Assembly: GCF_963921235.1 (NCBI RefSeq) | Contig: NC_086097.1 | Coordinates: 38,752,001-38,816,000 of the forward strand | DNA from: Mobula hypostoma | Taxonomy: Eukaryota | Direction: 5' to 3' | DNA: 64,000 nt | The notes under the pieces: model-generated | Databases searched by the model: none | Told to the model about the DNA's origin: nothing | What the model saw: only the letters and a program-made list of their open reading frames with translations | Shown: piece by piece, positions 1 to 12,334 of the stretch | Numbering within the stretch: position 1 is the first letter of the stretch | How the letters are laid out: each line of letters begins with the position of its first letter | Program-made: the position numbers and the translations under genes

Positions 1-243
1 GTTCACAAACCTTCTGCAGCCCCTTGTGATCCAGGGCATTGGTGCTTCCATATCGGGCTGTGAGGAGATCAGTCAGCATGTGTAGAAACTTGCAAGAGGC
101 TTTGGTGAAATGCCAAATCTCATCCAACTCCTCATGAAGTAGAGTTTCTGGCATCATTGCCCAGGAATGTTTGGCCCAAGGATCTAGCCTTCTTCATGAT
201 TTCATTGATGTGTCTGGCCCAGGGTAGATCCTCTGAGATGTTG
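1..243 (-). mobile_element. Rex1/Babar-type LINE RT C-terminal fragment
   Basis: Minus strand translates CQKLYFMRSWMRFGISPKPLASFY, matching the QRLYFLRxLRRFGMSxKTLxNFY motif of other copies at 19050, 30570 and 50230. Confidence 0.75.
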
Positions 244-1214
244 AAATCTATACTTACATTCAAAGATTGCCACCCTCAGCTAATCCTATTCAAACTTAAA
301 TACCATTCATGTATATTAAATAAATGCATGTATTTACTGTAGATATTTTAAACCTCCAATTTTGTCTTTAAAGGCTACAGTTATTGCATGCAGTCAAAAA
401 GAATATACAGTATAATAATTCATTCTTATTTTACACATCAATGAACCTTTTTGATTAAATATAAGAGCATTTGATATGGAAATTGCCGTAATGAAAATAA
501 CTCATATACAGGCTGTGCAGCAAAATGTTCTTACATCAATGTCAAAACTACAAAGAGGTACAGCATGCTTTCATTTGAATGGTATAGTCCATTAGAATAT
601 ATAAACCATTTTTCTGAGAAAAGCAATATTAATTTTTCTTTTTAATGTTCAAACTAATTCTTTACATTCCTTTTTTTGGTCAAGACAACAAATACTACGA
701 TTGTAATAAATCTCTGTTAAATATTCATGGGAACAACTTACCTTTTAAAAGAAAACAAATTGTAGTAACATTTCTTCTGAAAACAGTGAATGAAATTTTG
801 TTTTTGCAATATTGCTTTAGATTAATAGCTAAAAGTTATTTTCTGTCATTTTGGGAAACCAGACCCAAGACCTTGTATTGCTGTGAATTATTGCTGGAGA
901 TGCACATGAATGCAAGCCAAAGCAAATTTTTCTTTGTCTTCAAAGCAAAAAATGAATAATTGAGTGTCATGGGCTCAAACAGAAAGAAATCACATACCTC
1001 AACTTTGATACTCTGCGTTCAAGCTTCAATCCAAAGATTTGAAAACAAAAGTATAAACTGATCTCCAAGTTGCTGAGGTGGAGAGAATTTGTGAAGTTTT
1101 CTTTCTGACCCTCAAACCAACTCACTCTGTAACAGGCACACTTGCTTCCCCATAAAACGAACCATAAAACCAAAACCACAAGCAAAGCACACAAGTCGAA
1201 CAATTCAATATTAG

Positions 1215-1652
1215 CAAGGTTCAAGTTCAAAGAGTTCAAAGTAAATTTTATTATCAGAGTACATATATGTCACCACATACAACTCTTGAGTTTCATTTTC
1301 CTGCGGGCTTAATCTGCAAATCTATAGAAAAGTAACTGCAGTATAATAACATTCAGTGAAAGATCAAGTAGAATGCAGAACACAACAAACTATGCAAATA
1401 AACAGCAATAAATAACAAGATAAAGAGTCCTTGAAGTGAGATAATTGGTTCTAGGAACATTTCAGTGAAGGAGCAAGTGAGTGCAGTTTTCCACTTCCAG
1501 TCAAGAGGCTGATGGTTGAGGGGTTGTAACTGTTCCCGAACCTGGTGGTGTGAACCCTGAGACTCCTGTACCTTCTACCTGAAGGCAGCAGAGAGAAAAG
1601 ATCATGGCCTGGGTGGTGACGACTTTTGATGATGGATACCGCTTTCTCATGC
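1215..1652 (-). mobile_element. Rex1/Babar-type LINE 3' end
   Basis: ORF 1451-1684 KAVSIIKSRHHPGHDLFSLLPSGRRYRSLRVHTTRFGNSY; tail aataaa..(tttgaac)n on minus strand. Confidence 0.8.
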
Positions 1653-1834
1653 TGGGAGTCTGAAATTTTGCCCCTGGAGTCCACTTACTTTATTTTAGGG
1701 TCTGAAGCTCATGATGAGATAGGAGTAGTGGTTAGTGAGTGTAGCTCCCTCCTCTACCCTCGCCCACTCCACAAGTGGCCCCACTTCTGACAACCAAAGA
1801 GATTGAGGTGGGTGGTGGAGGTGAGGCAGGAATA

Positions 1835-1922
1835 TCTTGAGATTACAATCAGATTAGCCATGGTTTTACTTAATGGCTGAGTAGGCTTGAAGGGCAGGGT
1901 TGCTCACTCTTGCTCCTAGTTC
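1835..1922 (+). mobile_element. Degraded CR1 (HER1-like) 3' UTR remnant
   Basis: agattagccatgg..aatggctgagtaggcttgaagggc..ctcttgctccta resembles the CR1 tails at 61600-61700 and 32760-32840. Confidence 0.55.
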
Positions 1923-2802
1923 AAATGCTCCCCTAACTGGGATGCTTTGTTAGGAGGGAGGAAAGACAGTAGCCCTGAGAATGAATATCGTGTGGGGTCA
2001 AACAGTGAGGTGCTCTAGGAAAGGGCAGCTGATAGGGAGGATGATATGGGCAATTGGAATGGCATTGGGGGTATCTCCAAACCTGAGGTCCCTCAATGGC
2101 CAACTGCCTCGGCATGGGCTAGGTGTGATAGGCCAACAGCCATTGTTAGAGAGGAATCCACTCCACTCGTCTTCTTGCTGAATAGAATCCATCTCTGTGT
2201 CTGCTTTGTCAAAGCCTGTTGGAATTTATATCGATTTCCGGGTCATCCCTTGGCCTTCCCAGTCAGCACACCTAAGCTTACAGTTGCAAAGAGTCCTTGT
2301 AAACCTACTTACAGTCCATAGTACAAGAGTCAGTCTCAACCCTACCTCTCAATAGTTTCCTCTGCACATCATTGAGCATAAGGCAATGGCAAGGTAGTCG
2401 ATGGATATTTCTTCTGCACAAGCACAATAACAATTCAAAAACACATTTATCAAACTGAGCTGACAGTCAATGGAGGGTTACTCCCACTACTTAGAGACTG
2501 GTTGGTTGCCAGTCAAGTGAAACACTTCACGCTACTTAATTTGTGGAATGCCTGAGTCATGTGGACTTACGTTGACAAAACATTCCAACCAGATACATTT
2601 TTGCAATGGTTTAATTGAGCAGAGCCAGAAGCAGTAGTGAAAATAAGTTTACTATCTATAATGTATCTTGACAATAACTTTTTCATGGGTTTGTTCTGTA
2701 GAGTAGGTACAATTTGTATTGGAAGTAAATATTCCTGTGAAAGAATATAATACCTGCTAATATTTGATGTTTTAAGCAGATTTATTCCAAGAAAGAAACT
2801 AA

Positions 2803-2962
2803 TAGATTAGATTATCAGGACACTCAGTCCTCGTTTATTGTCATTTAGAAATGCATGCATGAAAAAATGATACAATGTTCCTCCAGTGTGATATCACAAA
2901 AACACAAGACAGACCAAGACTAAAACTGACAAAAACCACATAATTTTAACATGTAGTTACAC
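2803..2962 (-). mobile_element. 5'-truncated copy of non-autonomous retroposon (same family as 49312-49975)
   Basis: gattagattatcaggacactcagtcctcgtttattgtcatttagaaatgcat.. aligns directly with 49312-49455. Confidence 0.85.
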
Positions 2963-2965
2963 CAA

Positions 2966-3416
2966 CAGACAATAGACAATAGACAATAGGTGCAGGAGTA
3001 GGCCATTCAGCCCTTCGAGCCAGCACCGCCATTCACTGTGATCATGGCTAATCATCCACTATAAGTATCCAGTTCCTGCCTTATCCCCATAACCTTTGAT
3101 TCCACTATCTTTAAGAGCTCTATCCATCTCTTTCTTGAAAGCATCCAGAGACTTGGCCTCCACAGCCTTCTGAGGCAGAGCATTCCACATATCCACCACT
3201 CTCTGGGTGAAAAAGTTTTTCCTCAACTCCGCTCTAAATGGCCTACCCCTAATTCTTAAACTGTGGCCTCTGGTTCTGGACTCACCCATTAGCGGGAATA
3301 TGTTTCCTGCCTGCAGCATGTCCAATCCCTTAATAATCTTATATGTTTCAATAAGATCCCCTCTCAGCCTTCTAAATTCCAGAGTATACAAGCCCAGTCG
3401 TTCCAATCTTTCGACA
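2966..3416 (-). mobile_element. CR1 LINE 3' end (HER1-like)
   Basis: ORF 3059-3448 LERLGLYTLEFRRLRGDLIETYKI..FFTQRVVDMWNALP; (ctattgt)n tail at 2968-2989. Confidence 0.92.
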
Positions 3417-3420
3417 CGTA

Positions 3421-3986
3421 CACTCGGTGATCGCTTTATTAGGTACACCTGTATACCTGCTCATTATTGCAAATATCTAACCAGCCAATCATGTGACAGC
3501 AGCTCACTGCATAAGAGCATGCAGTCATGGTCAGGAAGTTCAGCTGTTTTTCAGACCAAACTTCAGAACGAGGAAGAAATATCATCTCAGTGACTTTGAC
3601 TATGGAATGTTTGCTGGTGCCAGATGGGCTGGTTTGAGTATCCCAGAAACTACGGATCTCCTGGGACTTTCATGCACAACAGGCTCTAGAATTTACAGCA
3701 AATGTGGTGAAAAACAAGACAAGCTTCCAGTGAGTGGCATTTCTGTGGATGAAAACACCTTGTTAATGAGAGACGTCAGAGGAGAATGGCCAGACCATTT
3801 CATGCTGTCAAGAAGGTGAGAGTAGCTCAAATAATCATGGGTTACAACAGTGGTGTGCAGAAGAGCATCTCTGAACACAAAATGTGTTGAAGGCTGGATG
3901 GGCTACAGCAGCAGAAGGCCACATACATACACACAGTGTCCACTTTATTACGTACAGGAGATCACTCATAAAGTGCCCATTGAATA
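3421..3986 (+). mobile_element. Tc1/mariner non-autonomous deletion derivative
   Basis: TA-flanked TIR cactcggtgatcgctttattaggtac; remnant LSDFDYGMFAGARWAGLSIPETTDLLGLSCTTGSRIY of the Tc1 paired-like HTH; right TIR ataaagtgcccattgaata|ta. Confidence 0.85.
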
Positions 3987-4407
3987 TATGTTTTAATGTC
4001 AGCTGTGATTCAGTTGGTATCACATTCATTTGAGGCAGAAAATTGCGGGATTGTCCCCTTAGAAGTTTGACCTCAGAAGCTGACACCTCAATCCACCTCA
4101 ATGCAGCACTGATGAGGATATGTTTCAAGGCAATATTAAAAAAACAGACTTGCCATGCTATAAGGTGTAATCTCAATAAAACACAAGGGAAGTTTCTTCT
4201 GATATTTACCCATTTACCCATTGATCAATATTACTGAATTGATTACTATAAGATTCTGTCTATGTCTAAACTGTCTATCACACTTCTTAAAGTTACTCCA
4301 CTTTAAACAGTACTTCATGGGTGTTTTACCTTTAGAATATTGTAAAAGATGTTGCGTTTATATGTTCCTTTCTATCATGCAATGGTCTAGAGTCACATGT
4401 GACTGAG

Positions 4408-4782
4408 GTTTGGACGATTTAAGCGCCAGGCCAGATTGAAATGGTTGGGGTTACAGGTGAGAGGTGGGCCGTTTTGGCTCGCTGCTCTGCGGGCTTTGCT
4501 TGAATCTGTGCCAGACTGAGGCTGCGGCCTGCAACTAGTGGATATCTAGACTGGCTGCAGTGATGCCTGGCTTTGTGAACTTCCGCTCTGAACGATGTTT
4601 GCTTGCTTTTATTGTTTGCACAGTTTGTTTTTGTCTCTCTCTGCATATTGGCTGTTTGATGGCCTTCCTTTTTTTTAACGGGTTCTATTGGGTTTCTTTG
4701 TTTTGTGGCTGCCTGTAAGGAGACGAATCTCCAGATTGTATAAAATATACGTACTTTGACAATGTACTTTGAACTTTGAACT
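4408..4782 (+). mobile_element. Non-coding retroposon with Rex1-type 3' tail
   Basis: GC-rich non-coding body ending gaatctccagattgtata..tactttgaactttgaac, the same tail as Rex1 at 31110-31158. Confidence 0.65.
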
Positions 4783-4899
4783 GGGGAAGGAAGAATGTGG
4801 CACCACAAAGTTGTATTTTTGTAATTGCCACATAAATTCCTTCAGAATCAGAACTTCAAAAATGTCAAAAATGGATCAATTGGTTGTTATTTCTCCAAA

Positions 4900-5150
4900 G
4901 TGGTAACACAACAAGTACCACTGTAATGACCAGCTGATCTTTTTTTAGCGACAGAGAAATGATAGCCAAGACACCAAAGGGAACTCCTCTGCTCTTCTCA
5001 GCCTATTTGAGAGAGGAGACTTATTTTAAGCTCAAATTCAAACCAGAATGATGGCAACAGCTCACTGCATCCCTTTCAAGCACACTGAGATGACAGTTCA
5101 CGTGTCCAATTCCGAGCAGTGGGCTCAAAGCAAAAAAGTTTTGACTTCTA
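4900..5150 (-). mobile_element. Degraded Deu-domain SINE (SacSINE1/AmnSINE-like)
   Basis: gtaatgaccagctgatct..tagccaagacaccaaagggaactcctctgctcttc is the reverse complement of the Deu-domain core; compare 45100-45410. Confidence 0.55.
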
Positions 5151-5519
5151 GGATGCATCACAATATAATGCTCAGAAATAATAGATTCAGGGTTTGAAAC
5201 TAAATAGAATTCAGTTTGTGAAAGCTAATGGCACAATATCACATTAAAATGCAGAATTGATTAAATGATCACCTGCAAAACAGAAAAGCAATCCCAACTA
5301 GCAATTAAGTTACTTAGCAAAAAGAGAAAGATAACACAAGCAACAGGAACATCGTTCTTCAGAATGACAGTTCATTAACAATAGAAGAAAGGCAAGAATT
5401 GCAATGCAAATTTAGTTCTATTTGCATTTCATGTGCAGAACATTTACAGAGATGAGATATTGCAAAATAAAATCGCACCCAACTAAAATCAAATTCTTTC
5501 ATAACTAGTAATAGGTTAC

Positions 5520-6350
5520 CTTAGATGGGATCCTACCACCAAACACACCTTTACCTCCTTCCCCCTATCCACTTTCCACAGGGATTGCTCCCTCCATGAT
5601 TCCCTTGTCCATTCATTCTTCAGCAACACGCACAACACGCTGGAGGAACTCAGCAGGTCGGGCAGCATCTGTGGAAATGAACAGTCAACATTTCGGGCCG
5701 AGACCCTTCGTCAGGAGAAAGGATTCCGGCCCGAAACATTGACTGTTCGTTTCCATGGATGCTGCCCCACCTGCTGAGTTCCTCCAGCATGTTGTGCATG
5801 TTGCTTTGACCCCAGCATCTACAGAATATTTTGAGTTTACCATTCATTCTTCCCCACTAATCTCCCTCCCTTTCTGCCTCAACTCTGTTCAGGACCCAAA
5901 CAGTCTTTCCTGGTGAGGCAACACTTCATGTGCGATTCTGCTGGGGTTGTCTAATGTGTCCAGTGCTCTCAATGCGGCCTCCTCTTCGTTGATAAGACCC
6001 ACCATAAATTGGGGGACTGCTTCAATGAGCACCTCTGCTCCATCCACCAAAGGTGGAACTTCCTGGCGGTCAAACATTTTAATTCCCATTCCCATTCTGA
6101 CCCGTTGGTCTGTGCCCTCCTCTTGTGCCAAGATGAGGCCACACTTAGGGTGAAGAAGCAACACCTTGTATTCCATCTGGGTAGCTTCCAACCTGATGGC
6201 ATGAATATCAACTTCTCTTTCCATTTAAAAAAAAATTCCCTCCCCGTCCCCTCTTCATCTATTTCCCACTCTAGTCCTTTACCTCTTCTCACCCGCCTAT
6301 CAGCTCCTGATGGGTCCCCTCCTCATTCCCTTTCTCCTATGGTCCACCCT
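5520..6350 (+). mobile_element. Penelope-like element 3' part (GIY-YIG endonuclease remnant)
   Basis: GDCFNEHLCSIHQR..HFNSHSHSD..EATLRVKKQHLVFHLGSFQPDGMN, homologous to 40909-41172; interrupted at 5622-5839. Confidence 0.88.
5622..5839. mobile_element. Mini Penelope-derived fold-back insertion (inverted pLTR pair)
   Basis: Two pLTR ends in inverted orientation; 13 bp TSD ccattcattcttc at 5609-5621 and 5840-5852; hammerhead-like core on minus strand at 5682-5715. Confidence 0.88.
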
Positions 6351-6359
6351 CCATAAGAC

Positions 6360-7197
6360 TGTCATGTACCCTGTGATGGGTTAAAGAACCAGCAGAAATG
6401 GAAAACACTTTGGAGTCCGGTATTGCTATTAACTAATAATATTTATTAGTAACTATGCAATACAGTAATATAAAATCAGGTATGTGAAACAGGTTAGCAA
6501 TGATTATATATTAGTAAGTGTGGATATATATGAAAACCAAGCTTCTTCGAGTCCAGGGGTAAATAGATAGTCTTACAAAGATGAGTAAAGTTCAGTTTAG
6601 TTCGTGGTATTGAGTTAAGTAGTGATGGAGAGAGAGAGAGGGAGAGAGTTGAGTCTTCAGGTGAGCTGACGCCGTCGATTTTCCCGTTGTCCTCTGAAAT
6701 CCTCAAAATCCTTCAGAAGTCACCGACTGTGACCATAACAAAGGGGGCCATTCTTCTGTGGTGGAATTATCAACCCAGGCGACGATCAGACACACGAATA
6801 ACTCCCCATCAGTCACACCCTTTTCACACTGCAAGAGCCACTAATCAATCCTCCAAAACCTACCTTTTCTGTGGGCACAACAAAGCTCATTCAGTGTCCA
6901 AAACCATGTGTCTGTAGGTCTAACAGCTGACCTTCTATTTATCTCACCGTGCTGAATACCAACTGTCCATCAAGCAGCTCCTCCCTTCTCGCTCTGTAAG
7001 AACTTGGGAGCTGCTAGTGTCCTTGCAAAAGTGTAAACATGCTGCCGAAAAACCATAATGCCGTCTCAAAGCAGTCTTCACCTCTCTCACTCTTTCTTTC
7101 TTTCTCTCTCTTTTTAACAAGGTGTCTGTGTTCCACAACTCTCTCTCTCTCTTTTCAAAAGCACAGTTCATAGGGGTAATTCAGGACCCCTGTCACA
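6360..7197 (-). mobile_element. Solo LTR (Gypsy or ERV type)
   Basis: Begins TGTCA, ends TGTCACA; 4 bp TSD agac at 6356-6359 and 7198-7201; AATAAA on minus strand near 6442; sits in the repeat tail of the adjacent CR1. Confidence 0.8.
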
Positions 7198-8103
7198 AGA
7201 CAATAAGATCATAATGTATAGGAACAGAATTAGGCCATTTGGCCCATTGGGTCTGCTCCTCCATTTCATCATGGCTGATCCACTTTTCCTCTCAGCCCCA
7301 ATCTCCTGGCTTCCCCCCATATCCCTTCGTGCCTGACCAATCAAGAATCTATCAGCCTCGGTCTTAAATATACATAAAGGCTTGGCCTCCCACAGCTGCC
7401 TATGACAAAGAATTCCACAGATTCACCACTTTCTAGCTAAAGAAATTCTTCCTCATCTCCATTCTAAAAGGATACCCCTCTACTCTGAGGCTGTGTCCTC
7501 TGGTCTTAGGCTCTCCCACCATAGGAAACATCCTCTCCACATCGACTTTATCAAAGCCTTTCACAATTCAATTGGTTTCAATGAGGTCACCTCTTATTCT
7601 TCTTAATTCTATTGAATACAGGCCCAGAGTTATCAAACACACTTCATGTGACAAGCCATTCAATCCTGGAATCATTTTTGTGAACCTCCATTGAACACTC
7701 TCGAGTTTCATTGCTTTCTTTCTGAGATAAGGGGCCCAAAATTCTCAAAATACTCCAAGTGCCTCACCAGTGCTTTATAAAATTTCAACATTACATCCTT
7801 GCTTTTTTATTTTAGTCCTCTTGAAATGAATGCTAACATCGCATTTGCCTCCTTCACCACAGACTCAACCTGCAAATTAACATTTATGGAATCCTGCACA
7901 AGGCCTCTCAAGTCCCTTTGCAACTTAGAAAATAGTCAACCCTTTCATTTCTTCTACCAAAGTGCCTGACTGTACATTTCCCGACACCATATTCCATCTG
8001 CCATTTCTTTTCCCAATCTCCTAATCTGTCTAAGTCCTTCTATACTCTCTCTACTTCCTCAAAACTACCTGCCCTTCCACCTATATTCATATTGTCTGCA
8101 AAT
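7198..8103 (-). mobile_element. CR1 LINE, 5'-truncated, degraded
   Basis: CR1 3' UTR (ggaacagaattaggccatttggccc) followed by RT remnant up to FADNMNIGG. Confidence 0.88.
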
Positions 8104-8605
8104 GTAGTCTCCAGCCCCTTGGTATGAACATAGAATTCTCCAACTTCCGGTAATTCCCTCCCCCGCCCTTCCCCTAACCCTATGTCACTCTGCCTCCTCC
8201 CCCAGCTGCCTATCACCTCCCTCATGGTTCCGCCTCCTTCTACTACCCATTGTGTTTTCCCCTATTCTTTCTTCACCTTTCCTACCTATCACCTCCTTCC
8301 CACCCTCCCCCTACCTCCTTTATAGGGTCTCTGTCCCTTCCCTCTACAGTCCTGATGAAGGGTTCCAGCCGGAAATGTCGACCGATCTTTTCCACGGATG
8401 CTGCCCGACCTGCTGATTTCCTCCAGCATGTTGCAAGTGGACCTTTCAGTTTCTCTCCCTTCCTATCAAATTCCTTCATCTCCAGCCCTTTACTTTTCCT
8501 ACCCACCTGGTTTCACCTATCACCTTCGCGCTATCCTCCTTCCCCTCCACCCCTCACCTTTTTATTGCGTTGTCTTCCTCCTTCCTTCCCCTATCCTCCT
8601 TCCTT
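8104..8605 (+). mobile_element. Penelope-like element 3' end and pLTR fragments
   Basis: GMNIEFSNFR stop, pyrimidine-rich UTR, cagtcctgatgaagggttccagccggaaatgtcgac, gatgctgcccgacctgctga. Confidence 0.8.
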
Positions 8606-9318
8606 AATACTGTTGCATTCCCTCCAGTGTATGTGCTCTATCTACAGTAGCTTTAAAAAGATGTGCATGGGAAATTTAGCCTCCTGGACTCTGGTACCCA
8701 TTCAGTGCTTGCCCAAATGGCCCTGATCCATTATTATACTCCTGCTTCTCAAATCGGAGCACTTAGGCATCTATAAGCTCTGTTCTGATGGAAAGATAAG
8801 GTTGTGCTCTTTTGTGCCAGAATTCAGTGTGAATTGCTGCCCTCCACCCTTCATCTACCAAGAATCTGGAATAAATCTCTACTCTCTACTGGATCTCCCA
8901 GCAGTGAATTGCCCCATGGCTTGGTGTGCAGTAGCTGCTTTTGAAGACCAGAATGCTGAGACCAGGCCAGTGCCCAATGTGTTGACAGACTGATTGGATC
9001 CAATCATTTTTCTCATTACCTCCTGTAGCATGTAACAGAAGCTGCTGTCTCCCTGTCTCTTTGTTTGTCTGTAACGTTTACCCAGCCCAGAGAATTTTCA
9101 ATGCTAACATTCTCAACAATGATTGCTGATCAGAGCAGGGTCCTGGGCTCAAATATCATTGTTCCATGACCTTCCATCATTAAATCAGAAGAGGGGATGT
9201 TCGTTGATGGTAGAAGGTCCCATTCACAATACCTTCATAAATGAGGTGGTCCATGCCTGTGTGCGGCAGGACCTGGACCATACGCAGGCACTGGCAAGGT
9301 TGTGCCAAATAAGTTTTG

Positions 9319-9886
9319 TAGAACATAGAACACAGAAAACCTACAGCACAATACAGGTCCTTTGGCCATAAAGCTGTGCTGAACATGTCCTTACCTTAGA
9401 AATTATCTAGGGTTACCCATAGCCCTCTATTTTTCTAAGCTCCATTTACCTATCCAGGAGTCTCTTAAAAGACCCTATCGTATCCACCTCCACCACCGAC
9501 ACTGGCAGCCCATTCCACGCACTCACCACTCTGCATAAAAAACTTACCTCTGACATCTCCTCTGTACCTACTTCCAAGCACTTTAAAACTGTGCCCTCTC
9601 GTGCTGGCCATTTCAGCCCTGGGAAAAAGCCTCTGACACGATCAATGCCTCTCATCATCTTATATACCTCTATCAGGTCACCTCTCATACTCCGTGGCTC
9701 CAAGGAAAAAAGGCTGAGTTCACTCAACCTATTCTCATCAGGCATGCTCCCCAATCCCAGCAACATCCTTGTAAATCTCCTCTGCACCCTTTCTATAGTT
9801 TCCACATCCTCCCTGTAATGAGGCGACCAGATCTGAGCACAGTACTCCAAGTGGGGTCTGACCAGGATCCTATATAGCTGCAACAA
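9319..9886 (-). mobile_element. CR1 LINE 3' end
   Basis: LLQLYRILVRPHLEYCAQIWSPHYREDVETIERVQRRFTRML; (ttctatg)n tail; same subfamily as 37681-38200. Confidence 0.92.
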
Positions 9887-10124
9887 CCTGGCCAGACAAT
9901 TGTCATCTCCAGCAACAGAGAGCCCAAATACCCATGCTAACAATCAATTGTATCACCAGCACCAAGTCCCCCACTATCAATACTTTGGGTGTAACTATTG
10001 TTCAGGAACTCAGTTGGACCAGGCAAACCTCATCCCAACACCTTTCCACCATCTGCAGGGTACAAGTCAGAAGTGAGATGGAGTATTCCCTGTTTGCCTG
10101 GATGAATGCAGTTATTTTGGATAC

Positions 10125-10883
10125 AGAGCTTCCAGTAAATTGGCAATGCATTCGGCCACAGCGGCTTCTAACAAAAGGTGCTACTGTTCTATTGAAACTT
10201 ACTTCTAAATATCACAAGATCCTGCTGTACATTAAGAACTTAAAGTACTGCAGGTCTACACCAACAGCGAGTTGTTCACTGGTGGAGAAAACAAAGGAGC
10301 TGTGTAACATGCTGCTGCCTGAGTCAATGGAGACTTACAGTTTAATAGTGAGTGGCTGTCTTGGTCACTTTTCTTGTGATCGTAAGATCCTTTTGGACAT
10401 TGTTGATATGGTATGCAGCAAGTTCGATTCGCTGAGTTATCGGCTGAGAGCAGAGGTGGATGGCAGGGGAACTGCGTGGCTCCGGTTGGATGAGGACTAG
10501 GCCTTGAGCCACAATGTCGCCTGTCTGCAGCCACAAGGACGGGGAGTCGAAGCTGGTGAGCTGCACTGGGGGCGGGCGGTGCACTGCGGTGTCCAGGCTG
10601 GAGTCGGTGCTGCCCTTCCAGTGCTTCGCTGAGCAGAAGGCAAGCTCTGTTGTGATTGGCTGCAGCTTTTGGTGGCACTCAATGAACTCAGGGCCTCAAG
10701 CTGTGGGGTTGCCTGTTTTACAGCCATTGGTAGAGAGGCGGCCGAGCCAGTGTGCTTCACCAGGGTGGAATGGCACAATACCCGGGCTGGAGTTGGTGCT
10801 ACCCCCGCCCACGCCCCACCAGCCCCAGTGTTTGGTCCGAAGAAGACAAGCTCTACTGTGACAATTAAATTGGAAATTGAATC
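10125..10883 (+). mobile_element. Putative non-autonomous retroposon with GC-rich body
   Basis: Interrupts the host LINE between AWMNA and IQGKATRL; head cttccagtaaattggc (CTTCCGGT/AAGATGGC-like); tail tgacaattaaattggaaattgaa. Confidence 0.55.
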
Positions 10884-11072
10884 TGCTGTCTTTATACAGG
10901 GCAAAGCAACTCGCTTGTTTGGTACCCCATCCATCACACCAAACTTTCATTCCTTCCAAAACGTCCTGTAGCTGCTTGCCTGTGGATTGTCCCAAAACCA
11001 CAACCTCTGTATCAGGAAGGTCAAGCACTTCAGCTGCTTGGGAACCTCGCTTTCTGCACATTTCACACCGTA

Positions 11073-11205
11073 TTCAGATTCTGATTTATTTATCACATGT
11101 ACATCAAAACATGCAGTGCAATGCGCCATTTGCGTCAACAATCAGCACACGCAGGGATGCGTTGGGGCAGCTCGCGAGTGTCGCTGCACATTCTGATGCC
11201 CACAT
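11073..11205 (-). mobile_element. Short retroposon 3' fragment
   Basis: Minus-strand tail tgtgataaataaatcagaatctgaa; interrupts the old LINE 3' region. Confidence 0.5.
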
Positions 11206-12334
11206 TACTGTAACCAGACCTTCCTCATCTCTGCGTCTAGTTCCAAGAATTCCGTCAGCCACAGCACCATGGGAGTAATGTCACCAAAAGGAATGCAGCA
11301 ACGTGAGACGCCGTCTCCCCACTCCCTTCTCAAGCACCATTAGACGTTACTTATAAATGTTGTCCTTGTTGATGAAGCCCAGATTTCAGAAGAATTAATT
11401 TTTAAAAACTTGTGTGCATTAGAAAAGCCAATTATGGTCATCCTTTCCATTAGGTTCCCAATTGTAACTAATTTCTCAGAAGTCCCATGATTCAGCTTAA
11501 ACTAATTGACATCGTGCTTGACCCTCTTTAAGGGGAATCCAAACATGGCTAAGCCTTTGCCTCTGGGAAACGTTTACACCAACAATGGCAATTGTCTGAG
11601 TACCGGCCCCCTGTCCCTTCACTTCACTTTATGTCTTTCACATTTCAGGCCATAAACTACAGGAGGAAACCAGGCCATTCAGCCCATCAAGTCTGCTCTG
11701 GTAAACCATCTTATTCGCATGAGTATAACATCTCTAAATTGCAGAATTGATTCACTTTTTGGCCTGAGCTCACAAAATATATGAAATGCAATGCGTATGT
11801 ATTCCCAAGAAGGATAGATGATAACATATTTTGTTCTGTTCTACAGTATACACAATAAAAATGTCATAATTGTTGGGTCATTAGCAGAGGTAATTACCCA
11901 TTCATGAATGTAAATTATCTTGATGATATAACATCTCAGTCACTCAACAAATTTACATGATATTAACATACTGATGTCAGTTATTAGAAATCTAATTTAA
12001 ATTCTTCTCACTGCCTAGTGAATTAATGACAGTTTAAAATCAAAGTATTAAACTATGTTAATCCCCATGGATAGCGGCATTCTGGCTCGAGTTCAAAGAA
12101 ATAAATAACTTGCAAGAAATTTGGCAATTATAGAAATATTGTAATACAACATACACAACAATATACAAATCAGATAAAATACAATTCCAACTGACATATC
12201 AAGCCTGAATGAACGCACTGATATTAATTCCCTTGTTTGATTATTTATAGTGTTCATCTGAATGCATGTACTTTACCTGCTTTAATTTCAATGTCAATCT
12301 CATTTCTCATTGAGAATTTATTTTTTTCACCTCA

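Larger units (their letters stand above)
9120..11400 (+). mobile_element. Old divergent CR1-group LINE, split by three younger insertions
   Basis: Collinear pieces QDLDHTQA.. (9268), SPTINTLGVTIVQELSW and STICRVQVRSEMEYSLFAWMNA (9960-10110), IQGKATRLFGTPS (10893), 3' UTR to about 11400. Confidence 0.72.

Noticed and set aside
998..2216. Phase-compatible candidate minus-strand exons (998-1126 and about 2085-2216)
   Set aside because: Weak acceptors or donor, unrecognisable peptides; expected by chance in 64 kb
9934..10500. 188 aa plus-strand ORF
   Set aside because: Chimera of a LINE RT remnant and the inserted element; not a coherent protein
10342..11061. Long minus-strand frame with a single in-frame TGA at 10696-10698, suggesting selenocysteine or readthrough
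   Set aside because: The upstream part (10885-11061) is antisense LINE sequence and the rest lies in an insertion; no selenoprotein motif or SECIS recognised
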